The notes under the pieces are model-generated. The model saw nothing but the letters and a program-made list of their open reading frames with translations, was not told the origin of the DNA and searched no databases. Position numbers and translations under genes: made by a program. Positions 25,881 to 39,538 of a stretch of 64,000 nt of DNA are shown in pieces. Position 1 is the stretch's first letter. The number at the start of each line of letters is the position of its first letter. The DNA is from Octopus sinensis (Eukaryota): the NCBI RefSeq assembly GCF_006345805.1, contig NC_042997.1, positions 19,344,001 through 19,408,000 of the forward strand. The letters are read 5' to 3'.

Positions 25881-26473
25881 ATGTTTCTTTTTATGTTTTC
25901 TTCCCAAGTTATTTCACATAGGTTTTTGTCAAAAATTTTTCCACTTCTTCCTCGTTGTAATCGTTTGTTGGAGCATAAATTTGGATGATTAACATACTGT
26001 ATAGCTCGGGTGCTGGTCGTGTTGTGCATTTTTTGTTAAAAACCAGAACACAATATATTACTGAATTTAAGATATTTTTATGCACCATGAAAACTACACC
26101 CATTTTTATGTTTGATTTCCTTCATGCTAATCCTAATTTTATATCCATTATCTCTCATAAATTATCCACATGTTGTCCATCATGTTTCAGTTATATCTAT
26201 AATATTCCAAGTGTATCTCTCCATCTTACAAATTAGGTGTTTGACTTTCCAGATTGTTAAAGTATTTCTTCTACATTCTAATATGTGGATGTGTGGTTAA
26301 GTAGCTTGCTTCCAAACCATGTGGTCTTAGGTTCAATCCCACTGTGCAGCAGCTTAAGCAAGTGTCGCTTATTAGAGCCCTAGATAGATCAAAGTCTTGT
26401 GAACTGATATGGCAGAAGGAAAATTTTGCCCGGCGTGTTAACATTTCTGCCAGCTCTCCACCTTAAGTTCCTG

Positions 26474-26506
<33 letters not shown>

Positions 26507-26532
26507 TATATGTATCTATATATATATATGTG

Positions 26533-26599
<67 letters not shown>

Positions 26600-26601
26600 C
26601 A

Positions 26602-26637
<36 letters not shown>

Positions 26638-26876
26638 TGTGTAGGTATGTTTGTGTGTACCCATATCTTGACATCATATGATAGTTGTAAACAAGTATTC
26701 TTGAGGAGGTAAGGTGATTACATCAACCAGTGCTCTGCTGGTACTTATTTTATTGACCCTGAACAGATGAAAGGCAAAGCCAACCTTGGCAGAATCTGAA
26801 CCTGGAATGTGAAGATGGATGAAATGCTGCAAATCATTTCACAAACATTTCTGCCAGCTTACCACCTGAGATATAA

Positions 26877-27897
26877 TCATCATCATCATCAATTAACGTC
26901 CGTTGTTCATGCTGGCATGGGTTGGCAGTTTGACTGAGCTGATATGCTGGAAGGTTACACCAGGATCCTGTCTGATTTGGAATGGTTTTCTACGGCTGGA
27001 TGCCCTTCCTAATGCCGACCACTCTGAGAGTGTAATCAGTGCTGTTACATGCCACTGGCATAGGTGCCGTTTGCATATCACTGGTATCTGTCATGACTGC
27101 TTGATGGGTCTTCTTCTCAAGCACGACATAATGTCAAAGGTCTTGGTCATTGCCACCATGAGGCCCAACACTCAAATGGAACTCAGCCACCTCGCCTCCA
27201 TGAGGCCCAACGCTTGAAAGGAACCATACCAGCGCATTCACCTCTCTCTAGAACACATATGTGATTCCTCTTATGCCTAACTTTTCTCTCAAAATGCTTA
27301 TACTCTGTCAAACATGTACACTAGCATTGCACATCCAGCAAAGCATACTGGCTTCATTTCTCTCAAGCCTACACATGTCCTCAGCTGTTATAGTCCATGT
27401 TTCACTGCCATGCAGCCTAGCTGTTTGCACACAGGCATCAAACAATCTGCCTTTCTCTCTGAGAGAGAGGCCCTTTGTTGCCCAGCCTGATCTTATTCTC
27501 ACAGCTACACTCTCGGAACACCTACCTCTACTACTAACATGGTCACCTAGATAATGGAAGCTATCTACTACCTCTAGCTTGCCCCACTGGCAGTTGATGG
27601 AGTCTATTTTCCACACATGTTCAGCATTTATTATGCCTATGTACCTTCCACATACAAAAGCTAATTTCTCGCTTAACCTTCCTTTGATGTTGCTGCACCT
27701 TTTGTGTGTTGAAAGCTTACAGTGGTTGCATCGTATGGAGATTCTACCTACACCTTTTCTACAGACTGAGCAGGGCCATCTACCTGAGGGGATCTGTGAA
27801 TTGTCTACCTTCCTACTCACTATGACTTTGGCTTTTGCTAGGTTAACTCTAAGGCTCTTTGAATCTAGACCTTATTTCCATACCTGGAACTTCTTCT
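26877..27897 (-). mobile_element. 5'-truncated RTE LINE
   Basis: ORF 27308-27820 (GRWPCSVCRKGVGRISIRCNHC..THKRC..EVVDSFHYLG..LHGSETW), then 3' UTR and (CAT)n tail. Confidence 0.9.
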
Positions 27898-28456
27898 ATA
27901 ATAATAATAATGACGATGATGATGATAATAATAATAATAATAATAATGATGATGATGATAATGATGATGGACTCTCTATGCCAAAAGACCTACACAAATG
28001 ATTTGTTTATAATGATGAAATGTATATGCTGTACATTAGCTCCCTTCCTTCATTAAATTGACATTGCCTGAACAGTATACCACATGTGCACAGTATACCA
28101 CATGTCAGGTGTTGAAGTGATTGCAGAGCATTGTGAGATGAAGTGTTTTACTCAAGAACATAATGCACCACCTGGTCTAGGAACTGAAACTACGATCTCA
28201 TGATCATGAGCCCAACACCCCAACCACTAGGCTGTGTCTCCTCATAATGATAATAATAATAACTATAGGCATAAGGCCTGGAATTTTGGGGGAGGGGGAT
28301 AGTTGATTATTTCAACTCCAGTATTTGACTGGTACTCATTTGATTGATCCTGAGAGGATGAAAGAGAAAGTTGACTTCTGCGAAATTTGAAGTCAGAATG
28401 TAAAGACGAACAAGCTCATTGCCTAATAGTGATGATGATGATAGTAATAATAATAA

Positions 28457-30815
28457 TCCGCCATAAATTTTTCTGTCATTTCTTTCTCCATCAATTTATC
28501 CATTTCCAAAGCCTCAAGTACTTATAGTCGGTCTCTTGTATCTGCTTCATAACCTCCCCCAGCCAGTCCATACATTTGATTTTGCCTCTCTTCAAGACTA
28601 ATACACCACATTTTCTCAGTCTGAATTCCATTCTGATATCAGCACTGAAATTATACACCGTATCAACAAGGGAACTGACTTGGGCTTCATCGTTACCATA
28701 AAGTTTGAGGTAATCCATGAATAACAAATGGTTGACTTGTTGGTGACTTTTGATTACATACCCTGCTTTTGCTTTCCTCAGAATCAGTGTTAGTGGTATC
28801 AAGCACAATACAAAGGTCAGTGAGGACAGGCAATCCCCTTGGAAGATGCCCCTTCTGATTTCTACTGTCCCTAAACTTCTGTATGTTGTCATGTCCGTCC
28901 TCCAATATGCCATACATTTTCTAAGCAATCACTCAACATTCGATGAAATACTAAATAGGTTCATACATTCCATTATCCAAGAGTGTAGGATGATATCGTA
29001 CACCTTATGATAGTCAATCCATTACATGGCTAAGTTACTTTTCCTCCTCTTGCAATCTCTAAGTACAGTTTTGTCTATCAGGAGTCAATCGTTGGTATCT
29101 TTGTGCTTACACTTGCAACCCTTCTGCTCAGGTGGCAGGACTCCATTTTTTTCCAGATGTTCGTACATTGACTCTGCAAGTATTCCACTCGATAATTTCC
29201 ACTTAAGTGGCAAACAGGATATCAGCCTGTAATTGTCTACCATATTTCCTTTTTTGATGTTTTATAAGCACAGCACTGTCCTATCCATTGTCAACCATTC
29301 TGGTGTAACTTGGCCAGCATTTAACAAGGTGTTGAGTTGCACAACTATTTGTGCATGACATTCACCAAATCTTTTGATCCAGTAGCCTTGAACTCTATCT
29401 GGTCCCTGGGCCTTCCAGTTGCTCATTTTTTTGCTGATTACCTTCACTTTCCTAACTGAAATGAGTAGTTCTACCTGTTTTGGACAGACTACTGTTTGTT
29501 TCAGTCCTTGCAACCATTCAGCATCTTTCTTGTGCTCCTTTTCTTTGCTCCAAATGTCACTCCAAAACCTTTGACTTTCATTGTTATCTGGTATCAACCT
29601 TTCATCTGTACACTCTCCATTTATTTCTTTATAGAATCTCTTCTGATCTATTCTGAACAACCTATTCTGGTGGTAACCCTTCATTCTTTGGTCGTATCTT
29701 ACCATCTTTGCTTTCTTTGCAGGGTACTTGCACAGACTGAGACTGATACTTAAGTTGAAATTAAATGAACGGAATAAGATTGAAGCTATCAACACCTGGG
29801 CAGTTTCAATCCTTAGATATGGAGCAGGGGTAATCGCATGGGCAATAGACAAACTAAACAGCTTAGCCAGAAAGACAAGAAAGTTGCTAACTAGATATGG
29901 GACACTCTACCTAAAAAGTGACACAGCCAGACTGTATGTACCAAGAAAAAGAGGGAGAAGAGGACTTATTGGATGTGAACACAGCATTAGAGCAGAAGAA
30001 AACAACATAGCATGGTATGTACAAAATACCACAGCACCACTATCATTAGAAGTAAGGTCAGGCTTGTGTAGGATGAAAAATTGCAAAGATAAAGCACTGT
30101 ACAAGCAACTGAAAACGAATGAAACTAAAAATAGGTGGGTAAAGAAAAGAATGCATGGACAATTTCATAAGGATGTTGAAGATAAGGCAGACAGAGAGAA
30201 AAGATGGCTGTGGATGACTAAAAGTGATTTAAAACCGGAAATGAAGGCTCTAATCTGTGCTGCCCAAGAGCAAGCGCTAAGAACAACTACATAAAATACA
30301 GAATAGACAACACATCAGAAAGTGATAAGTGCAGAATCTGTGGACGAAATGGTGAAACCACATGGCATATTACCAGCCAATGTATACCACTATCCCAGAA
30401 GGAATATAAGAGATGCCACGACAATATAGCAAGGCTTGTCCATTGGACACTTTGCAACAAGTATGAACTTGACAGAGCAAAAAATTGGTATGACCACAAA
30501 CCTGAAGGCCTAGTTGAAAATGTAAATGCAAAGAACCTATGGGATTTTATGATTCAGTGCAACCATGAGATACAGAATAGGAAGCCAGACATAGTCTTAA
30601 TTGGGAAAGAAAACAAACTATGCTGGATCATAGATATAGCATGCCCAGCTGACAACAAGGTATGCGATAAGGAAGAAAGAAAAGTCGATAGATATGACAG
30701 GTTAGCTTGGGAGGTTAAGAAGTTGTGGTCGATGAAAAAGGTAGCAGTAGTACCAATAATTGTCGAAGCCTTGGGAACAGTGAGGGAAAATCTTGAGAAG
30801 TACATGCAAAGAAAA
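28457..30815. mobile_element. R4/Dong-like RLE non-LTR retrotransposon, 5'-truncated with 5' inversion, in (TAA)n
   Basis: - strand 28457-29723: pre-RT/RT (GIFQGDCLS, HLLFMDYLKLY, YKYL). + strand 29724-30815: thumb, CCHC (CRICG...HITSQC), RLE KPDIV..IIDIACP. (TAA)n on both flanks. Confidence 0.9.
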
Positions 30816-31272
30816 TAATAATAATAATAATAATAATCGTTTCTACTAAAGGCACAAAGCCTGAAATTTAGGGGTTGAGAATAGTCAATTACATCAACCT
30901 CAGTGTTTCACTGGTACTTAATTTATCAACCACAAAAGGCAAAGTTGATCTCAGCGAAATGTGAAATCACCATGTAAAGATGGACGAAATCCCATTAAGC
31001 ATTTTGCCCAACATACTAACAATTCTAACAACTCACAGCCTAATAGCAATAATAATAATAATAACAATAATAATAATGATAATAATAATAATAATAATAA
31101 TAGTGTCGAATTTTGGCCCAAAGTCATCACTTTTAGAGGTGGGTTAAGTCGATTATATCAACCACAGTGGTCTACTGATACTTATTTTATTAACCCCAGA
31201 AGGATGAAAGTCGACCTTGGCAGAATTTGAACTCAGAATGTGAAGACTGACAAAATGCTTGCTACTGTAATG

Positions 31273-31314
<42 letters not shown>

Positions 31315-31358
31315 GAGAGAGAGAGAGAGCAGTGCATGCCATCAAAGTGACACTGGGG

Positions 31359-31389
<31 letters not shown>

Positions 31390-32649
31390 ATTATTATCAC
31401 CTGATACTACTACTACTACTACTACTACTACTAAAATATAAAATTTTCAAATTTATAGGATACTAATTTACTGACTACAGTATACTGTCTCAGTGTGTGT
31501 GTGTGTGCATGCACCCGCACACACCTATATATATATATATGTGTGTGCGTGTTTGTGTGTGTATGAAGAATATATAATATAAATCGTTGCATTTAATAAT
31601 GTTTTATATAATACACTCAAATATAGACATACAGTCTAAATATTTCTTTCAAGTAGGCAAGTATTGTTTGAAATTATCATCACATAAAAGTTTACTAATA
31701 GAAACAAATTGGTATGGACTAGCAATCAGTTACAACTTTCCTTTCTACTGTTATAGAACATAAAAGTGAAGAAATAGTCTGACCTTTAATAATGATGAGT
31801 TGATGAAACAGAATAAATATTCTATCTGTAGATTTGAGAAGAAATATAATTGAATCCAACACACTGATGCCCATAATTCAAACCAATCTTGTTTGATTGT
31901 AATGTTTTCCTACTTATGTCAAATTTGATCCCCTACAAATATTATTTTTCTTTTCATACTTATTGAATGCGTCTGTTGCTTTATATTCCTGTCGTGGCTA
32001 TTTTAGGTTTCTTTTCATATTTACATTCATTTGACAGAAATTAGTTTTGGCTCACATTTTCTTTCATGGCGTTACAGAACAATTATTGACATAAATCACA
32101 GAGTAGCAAAAGTATATGTCATTATTTATGGGTAGGTATCTACAGAATCATATATTCCGTTACTGCTGCTGTTGTTGTTGTTGTTGTAATTTAGGCCCCA
32201 GCTAAACCATGATTGGGCAATCCTATGATCAAAGTTATTCTAGCTACGAGTAACTTGTATTTATTTTAGAAGGCTGCTGACATTATATGTCTAGAACTAC
32301 ATTATCCAATGTGTTAATTGTCAAGCTTAATATGTGTGACATTGTTTTTAGAAGTTTGAGCAACTCTTTTGAGGCTTCTTCATTACTGTGGTAGACTCAC
32401 ATATTTAAATATACAGTAGCTTAATCTATTTCTGTTTACAGTTCTCGTGTTCTGTTCTGACTAAGAATTATAGCAGTCACACAACATGAAATGCTTAGAA
32501 CTACTGATATTGGTTTAACTGTTTTGACATTTTTAAAGATGCATTTTCGAGTTTAGGATACACATGCCTAGGGTTACCCAAGAGGAGAACCAAGATTGTA
32601 TTTTCCTTACTATCCTCCAGGGCAATGCTTTTTCCATTTTATCTGCTGG

Positions 32650-35600
32650 TACCCTGAGGTGGAAATTGAGAGAATATAAGAATTTCATAGCTTGCTACAT
32701 AAGCAATAAAAATACCACTTCTGAAGGATCGCTGATTTAAGAATGAATATTTATTATTATTGAATGCAACTTGGGTAGAAAGCTTTTATTGTTCCCATTC
32801 TCGTATCGGTGTGAACAATGTTTTCAGCAACGTTTATAACCAAAGACAAATTCCGTGCAAGACTGTCGATTGTGAATGATACGCAGGTGTACCTCTCTGA
32901 AAGTGTGCCAAGAACTGAGTTTCTTGTAAGAAAGAGCCAAGATAATTCATTTCATTAAAAAGGGACATTAAATTAAATTAAGTTTATTTCCAACATAGGC
33001 ACAAAGCCAGAAGAATAAAATAGATATTACGCAATCTCATTGTGTGTTAAATAAGAATTTAAACGCATTCTTTCTATAATATTGGTTTCAAATTTTGGCA
33101 CAAGGCTAGCAAAGCAAGTTTGGGGGAGGGAGTTAAGTTGATTACATCGACCCCAGTACTCAACTGGTACTTATTTTATCGATCCCAAAAGGATGAAAGG
33201 TAAAGTCCACCTCAGCAGAATTTGAACTTAAAATGTAAAGCTGAATGAAATGCTGCTAAGCATTTTACCTAGCTCGTTACCTTCATTCATTCTATAATAT
33301 TGATGAATAGAAAAGGAGCAAGAGATATATGGAGTCTCCAGAAATCATTTGTTCAGTACTCATCAGTGAAGACTTCTTCACCGAAAAGCACTCAACATTT
33401 CCAGAAACAATCCAAGAGGAGATTTTCTCCATTTACTGCACATGAGTAATATTGAAAGAATGTATTTACATTTTCATTGTATTTAACCCACATTGAGTGG
33501 CATAGTAACTTAAGTTTAATTGCTAATTTATTGGTTATTATGTTTTCATTGGTTAGCTTCACAACTATTTTTGGGTTCACTTTCCATGGATCACTTCTAC
33601 AACCAATATAATCTAGCCTAAAGTTTGAAGACTTTTTGGTATTCCTCTAAACAAATATATTTTCCCAGAGGCACTAGGACCATCACGGGAAAGTATATTC
33701 TCGGATCAGATTCTGATGGTTCAGAGATGCTGGCCATAATGTTGTTATATTCCATACACTGTTCCTTTTTGTCTCCTAATGTGTATATGCACCAATATCG
33801 CTTGGTCCTGTTTCAAAGAACTTTTTATTCAGTATAGAATCATACTCCAATCTGACAACTTGGGAATCTGTAGGAGCAACAAAAATATTTTCAAACCTTT
33901 TTCTTCATCTGAAAACCGTGATGATAACCCTATCGCATTTGATGCTCCCAGCATTCAAGTGATTCACCCCTCGATATCCAGTGAAAGTATTTTGTCAGTT
34001 GTTCATTATACTTGTTGTATAGCTGAAGTAGTTTTGCCAATTCGCAGTGCGTTAGTTTGCTTACAAATATACTTTACACTTTCCTCAGAGCTATCAAGAA
34101 CAGTATGCAGTTAACTTTATAACATCATGAAGAATATTGTCATTCACATCAACACATTGGATAATTCCCATTCATTTCTTCATTCCTTAAATGATGTTAT
34201 GCATTATGCATTTTGTAGTAGAAGTCTGAGGCAATACTGGTCACTGCTTTTTGGGTTCACATGAATCATTCAACCGATTGTAAAACTCATTGATCTCTTA
34301 GTCCACTTATGTTGTTGGAAATTCCAAGTGTCTTCATGAAGTAATTCAAGATAAGTACATATGTCATTCTTCACATGGAATCATTGAGTTGATAGAATTT
34401 TCTCTTGTATCTCGTTTTTACTCAGCTTTTTTTACTCAGTTGCATTAATTGATACATAAACATTTTGTTCATTTTCCAAATAGAAAATTAATATTTGTAC
34501 ACACAGATATACCAGCAACTGGATCTGAGACTCATTGATTTGATGTTTGTTATCTTCATCATGTATAATACTAGCCTGAATATGGTTGCCACGTTTGGTT
34601 ACATATTTGAATATGTACTTTATTGACTTCCCCGTGAAACAAATTCAACATTGACATGAACATTGAACATTTTCCTACAAATACGGATTTTATACTGAAA
34701 CATGTCATTTGTCATAAACACATGCGCGAGTAATGTTTTGGGACATTGTATATTCTCATCAATTCTATTGTGGGCAGCTGTCGGATGTAGCCATAGTTTC
34801 AATACAGAACTCTATAGAATAACAAAAGTAATAGAGCTTAGTTTGAACTATTTGCATGTCCATACATGCTGCATTCAGATTAATGGTCCACATGGGCCAT
34901 GAAGCATGCAATTCGCAAGGAGGAAATGTTCAAGAATTTCGAATAAATGTAAGTACTTAGCACATACAATTTTCTCATAATTTGCCTCATTTTTGGAACT
35001 CAACTACAGAGACTATTTCCTCCACTTTCCCAAACATATACGTATTTTGAAACTGATCATATTAAAGACTCCTGCACACTGGACTGGAGGATCAGCTGTT
35101 GTTGGTTCATATTGCATCTGTTCAGTAAATTTACGGAGCAAACGAGGTTACATGTAAATATAATAAAGAGACCTAGTTTCCTAAAGTATTTTACAATAGC
35201 AATTGCATTCAGCTAAAACTATTGCTTGTGTTGTGTTCTCCCTGTAAATGAGGACTGTAACACTACTAAGGATCCAGTCTCCCAGCTGAATGATCATCCC
35301 TTTTGTCCATACACTCATATAATTTTGCATGCATTTCTGTTTAATTATTACAACAAAAGTTTTCTAGCAATCCATCAATTTTTGCATACATGCCTCTGAT
35401 ACATTTTTGCATCAGTCTTCCAGAGTGTTTTGGTACAGCAAAATCATTTTCACAAACTATTGCCAATGTATCAGTGCTTAGTATTCAAAACTTTGCCTGT
35501 CCAGTAACAGATGAAGGCCAAGATATATCAGGTGACTTAAGCCTATATTTCAAACAATCATTGTTCTGGTGCATTTCTATAGAGGGGTAATCAGATGGAT

Positions 35601-36465
35601 TATTCCATGCAGGTTTGTGCCAGATCATGGTTAGAAATTGAGATGCACAAGAAATACAGAGCAAAAAATGACAGAGAGCCAGGAAGCCAGGGCATTAGCA
35701 GAGGTTTTCTTGATCAACTAGCAGCTATACCTCCCTGACATTGTGTTGAAAGATCTCCTTTTGCTGCGCATAACATTTTTCTTTCTTACACACTAGCTGC
35801 AGCCATTCAGCATAATAGCTTCTGTAATGTAACAATTGAAACATCAATCAGTAAAACAACACACACAACTTGTTGGCAAAATCAAAATATTGCAAGTGGT
35901 TTTATATGGGAGCAGAACACAGCCAGACCACATAATACAGTTCCCAGCTAACTGAACCAACTCCATTATAGGTAGAAGTTCTCTTTTTAAGTTCAGATTT
36001 TATATGATATCATTCACCATTCAAAATATGAAACTACAATGCACAATAGATAATATAGCTTACGTAACTACTAAACAGATTTTCAATCTCTTTCTTCATG
36101 CTTGTATAAAACGTTCTGTCATTCCCACTAAATGTTTTTGCCTATTCCATAAAGTAAAGTATAGCTGCTGCCTCAGAAGCTATTGGATATGTATAAGTAT
36201 TATCACGTTCAGCCGCATTGATTTCCATATGAAAATTCTGTATATTTGCTGCATCTGTTTCTGACATGGATTTATATTGTACACAGAATAGATTGTACAC
36301 CTGGATTAACCTTTGTAGTAATATTAAACTTTGTGGTTTGTGGGATACATGAGAAGCATTTGTTTGCTGTGTTTCAGGATTAAAAGCATAAGGTTGATTG
36401 GTATAGGGATCTAGTGAAAAACTGTTTGGAGTTTGGTGACTATCTCTGCCTTGGATACAATACAC
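32650..36465 (-). mobile_element. Decayed autonomous-type Helitron (Rep plus PIF1-like helicase)
   Basis: Colinear motifs on -: YTYPIASEAAAI (~36150-36190), MYAKID (35380), SSFTG (35240), VEFQK (34990), MLHGPCGP (34884-34908), FNVHVNVE..KYIFKYVTK (34590-34672), LENEQNVY, then Walker A-like DGPSASGKIY (33655-33700). The extent below 33600 is less certain. Confidence 0.85.
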
Positions 36466-36644
36466 TTATAGTCAACTAGCATGAATTATATGCAGCTATG
36501 AATATAATTAACGTATACGATTATTTTTAAGCTTGAGATTTATTCTTCCAGTCTCTTTTACCAAACCTCTAACTTACAGAAACTTAACCAAATCAGGCTG
36601 TCAAGTAGTGATAGGAGACAAACACATACACACAAAACAACTGC

Positions 36645-37045
36645 AAACTTATGAGGAAATTACAATTGGATGACCGAACCGAACCATACAGCCCTGCATC
36701 TACACACTTTAGTCTTAAAGATCTCAAGAAGGACTTTATTACCAAGCCTTCAATACACTTAATATGCCCCACCAAATACGACCTAGGAAGGGTAAGCAAA
36801 AACATTTTAGACAAAATAGTACCTATCGTCAAGGACAAATTAAATGTTAACCTTTGGTCCCAGATTGGTGAAGTTATTACATGGTTCCATCTTCTAAATA
36901 CCAAAAACTCACATTCCTTTTTACAATTCGTCATAAACAACTATTTCTCTTCTATTTCTCCTAAACTACTTAATCAAGCTCTTCTTGCTAGGAACTTTAC
37001 TAACCTAAACCCACTAGAAATTAACATTATACTTAATGCACGCAA
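36645..37045 (+). mobile_element. Penelope-like element reverse transcriptase fragment
   Basis: HFSLKDLKKDF.TKPSIHLICPTKYDLGRVSKNILDKI...LNVNLW...VITWF...FLQFVINNYFSSIS.KLL..AL...EINIILNARKTL matches the PLE RT N-terminal half (TLKDHK..CRLINP.KSE.G.ISK.IL..LNQW..FIQFDI..FYPSI). Ends in (TA)n. Confidence 0.8.
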
Positions 37046-37280
37046 AACCCTTATATATATATATATGTATATATACATATACATACATATATATACTAGT
37101 GTCTTTTTTCAGTTACCCTCTATTGCAGACGCTCACAAGGTTTTGGTTGGTATGAGGCTTGAGTTGAAAACACTTGTCCAAAGTATCATGCAGTGCAACA
37201 GAACGTGAAACCATGTGATTGAGAAGCAAACTTCTTACCATACAGCTGCGTCTGCACATACACACACACACACATATATA

Positions 37281-37502
37281 TCATCATCATCGTCGTTTAA
37301 TGTCTGCTTTCCATGCTAGCATGGGTTGGACGGTTTGACTGAGGACTGGCAAACCAGATGGCTACACCAGGCTCCAATCTGATATGGCAAAGTTTCTACA
37401 GCTGTATGCCCTTCCTAATGCCAATAACTCCAAGAGTGTAGTGGGTGCTTTTTACATGCCACCGGCATGAGGGCCAGCCAGGTGGCACTGGCAAGGACCT
37501 CA
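37281..37502 (-). mobile_element. RTE 3' UTR fragment
   Basis: (CAT)n tail plus terminal block; abuts the left arm of the inverted duplication. Confidence 0.85.
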
Positions 37503-39440
37503 CTTAATAACTTTACATTTAAATCTTGGATTAACCTGAATATTATGCGGGGTGTACAAAATTTTAACTACTTCTATTCTCTTTCAGATATATTCCTTAA
37601 CATAAACATGGCAGATTCCATCAGACACTTGAAATAGAGAATCACACTGTGCTAAAGTTTCTGGACATACTTCACATCAACTCCAGCAGCTTCATGATGA
37701 TTTTCACCAAAGCAGCTAAGATAGCAAAGTCCACTATTAGACATATGCACTATGCAACATGTAGTGCATCAGATATGACCTCAGATACAAGTTTTATTTG
37801 ATGTCAAGTGAGCAGTTCATATTTGGAAAGAGCAAGAAGTGCTATGTTATTCAGTTAAAGTGCTTTCTGAACATGTTCAAATACCTCAGACACCAATCAT
37901 GATCTGGTTCTTCTCCAATATGAATTTTAACCAGGACTAGAGCTGCATAAATGAATAAAGAAAGCAAAGGTGGATATGTATGAAGACAAAAAGATAACGT
38001 TAATGGAGAAAACCAAGTATACATTGTCTTTGATGGCCCTGAGGTCAAGAGTAAGGAAAACCTTATGCTATTTCATTTTAAACCACATGGCCTCTAGGTC
38101 AGTGCTGTGACAGCACCAAAATGCTAGATACAGTGGTCAAGCCTTGTTTGGAGAAAGTGGCCAAGGTAATTGTGAGCCCCTCATGATCAAGAAAGGAATA
38201 GTGATGATATTCATAATTATGTAACCATTATTGTATGGCCCCCTAGCTCTTCTATTTGAAACCATTGGATTGTTGGTGTACTCATGAGGCTAAGGATTCA
38301 TTTCGTTTGCCATTGTGAGTGTAATATAAAGCATAGATTGGGGTTACCTGGTACTGGTTTGCAGTTAATAACGTGGTTTAATGAAAACCTAATGGGTTTA
38401 TGATCAGAGCCAAGGGTTGACTAGTGAAATGGCTTGTTTCATTGACACGTATAGTTGAAAGTGTATGCCTCATTTCTAATAGTATTTCGTCTAATTATTT
38501 TTTGTTGAAATTTATTTTGCTTTATTTGCCTTGCACAAGCTTTATTTCCACCACCATAACTACCGCCACCGCCTTTATAACCACTACTACCATCATCATT
38601 ATCACCATTTGCAATATCTTTTCCATGCTGGCATTATTAGGACAGCTCAATGGGAACCAACAAGTCAGAGTATTTTGCCAAGCTCCAGTGTCTACTCTGG
38701 CAGGGTTTATTCAGGTGGATGACTTTCCTAATGCCAAACACTTTACAGAGTATGTTGAGTACATTTTAGTGACATTGACACTGATGAGGTTACAAAGTAC
38801 CCGTAGGACAATACCCTTCAATATAATATTGAATGAGGTGAAAGAAGGAAAGAGGGACAGAAACAGATGTTTTGCTGAAGAGGTGATACATGAATTACCT
38901 GCTGGAGAGAAGAGACAGACAGAGAGAGAGAGAGAGAGAATGAGTGTGTGAGTGAGAGAGTGAGTGAGAGAGAATGAATGAATGTGTGAGAGAGAATGAT
39001 AGAGGCAAAAGAGAGATGGTGTGGGTGTACAAGGTACAAGGTGAATAAATGAGAGATAATAGGGGTAGAGGAACAAAATGAGTGGGTGGTAACTATGGTT
39101 CTTGGGAATGTAAAAAGTGTATGATAGATGATTAGAGATGGGGATTAAATTAGACACACTGAATGGACGAAGTGAAGGAAATAGGAGTGGAACAAGAGGT
39201 GGTGATAAGGGACAGTAATAATAATAAAATGAGAAGCATAGTTGGATAAATAGTATCATTTAAAGCAAGTGTGTCAATGAGTGTGTGTGTGTGTGCATGT
39301 GTATAAAGAGCATGTGTATAAATTTTCTGTTCATCTATCATGATCTCGTTCAAATTTTTAAACTTATTTTCTGTAATGCCACGTACCCTTCTAATTATCA
39401 TCCTGTATATATGTATGTGTGTGTGTATATATACATGTAT
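37503..39440 (+). repeat. Left arm of ~1.9-kb inverted duplication
   Basis: Reverse complement of 44362-46300 along its length, roughly 97% identical by eye. Contains a decayed maT-like transposase (LDTVVKPCLEKVAK, ~38000-38170) and microsatellites. Confidence 0.95.
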
Positions 39441-39493
39441 ATATATATGTGTGTGTGTGTATATAGATGCATATATATATATACATGTATATG

Positions 39494-39536
<43 letters not shown>

Positions 39537-39538
<2 letters not shown>

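Larger units (their letters stand above)
22500..26290 (-). mobile_element. Old near-full-length RTE LINE ORF2 relic, fragmented by SINEs and microsatellites
   Basis: Colinear decayed domains on -: [32 protein letters not shown] (25909-26103); linker VIDRWREHCDELYSE (24100-24160); pre-RT (23060-23330); RT (22600-23000). Confidence 0.8.

Noticed and set aside
33340-33372. CTGATGA motif on the minus strand (others at 5635, 13838, 38784, 41264)
   Set aside because: No stem II plus GAAA plus NUH arrangement; not hammerheads.
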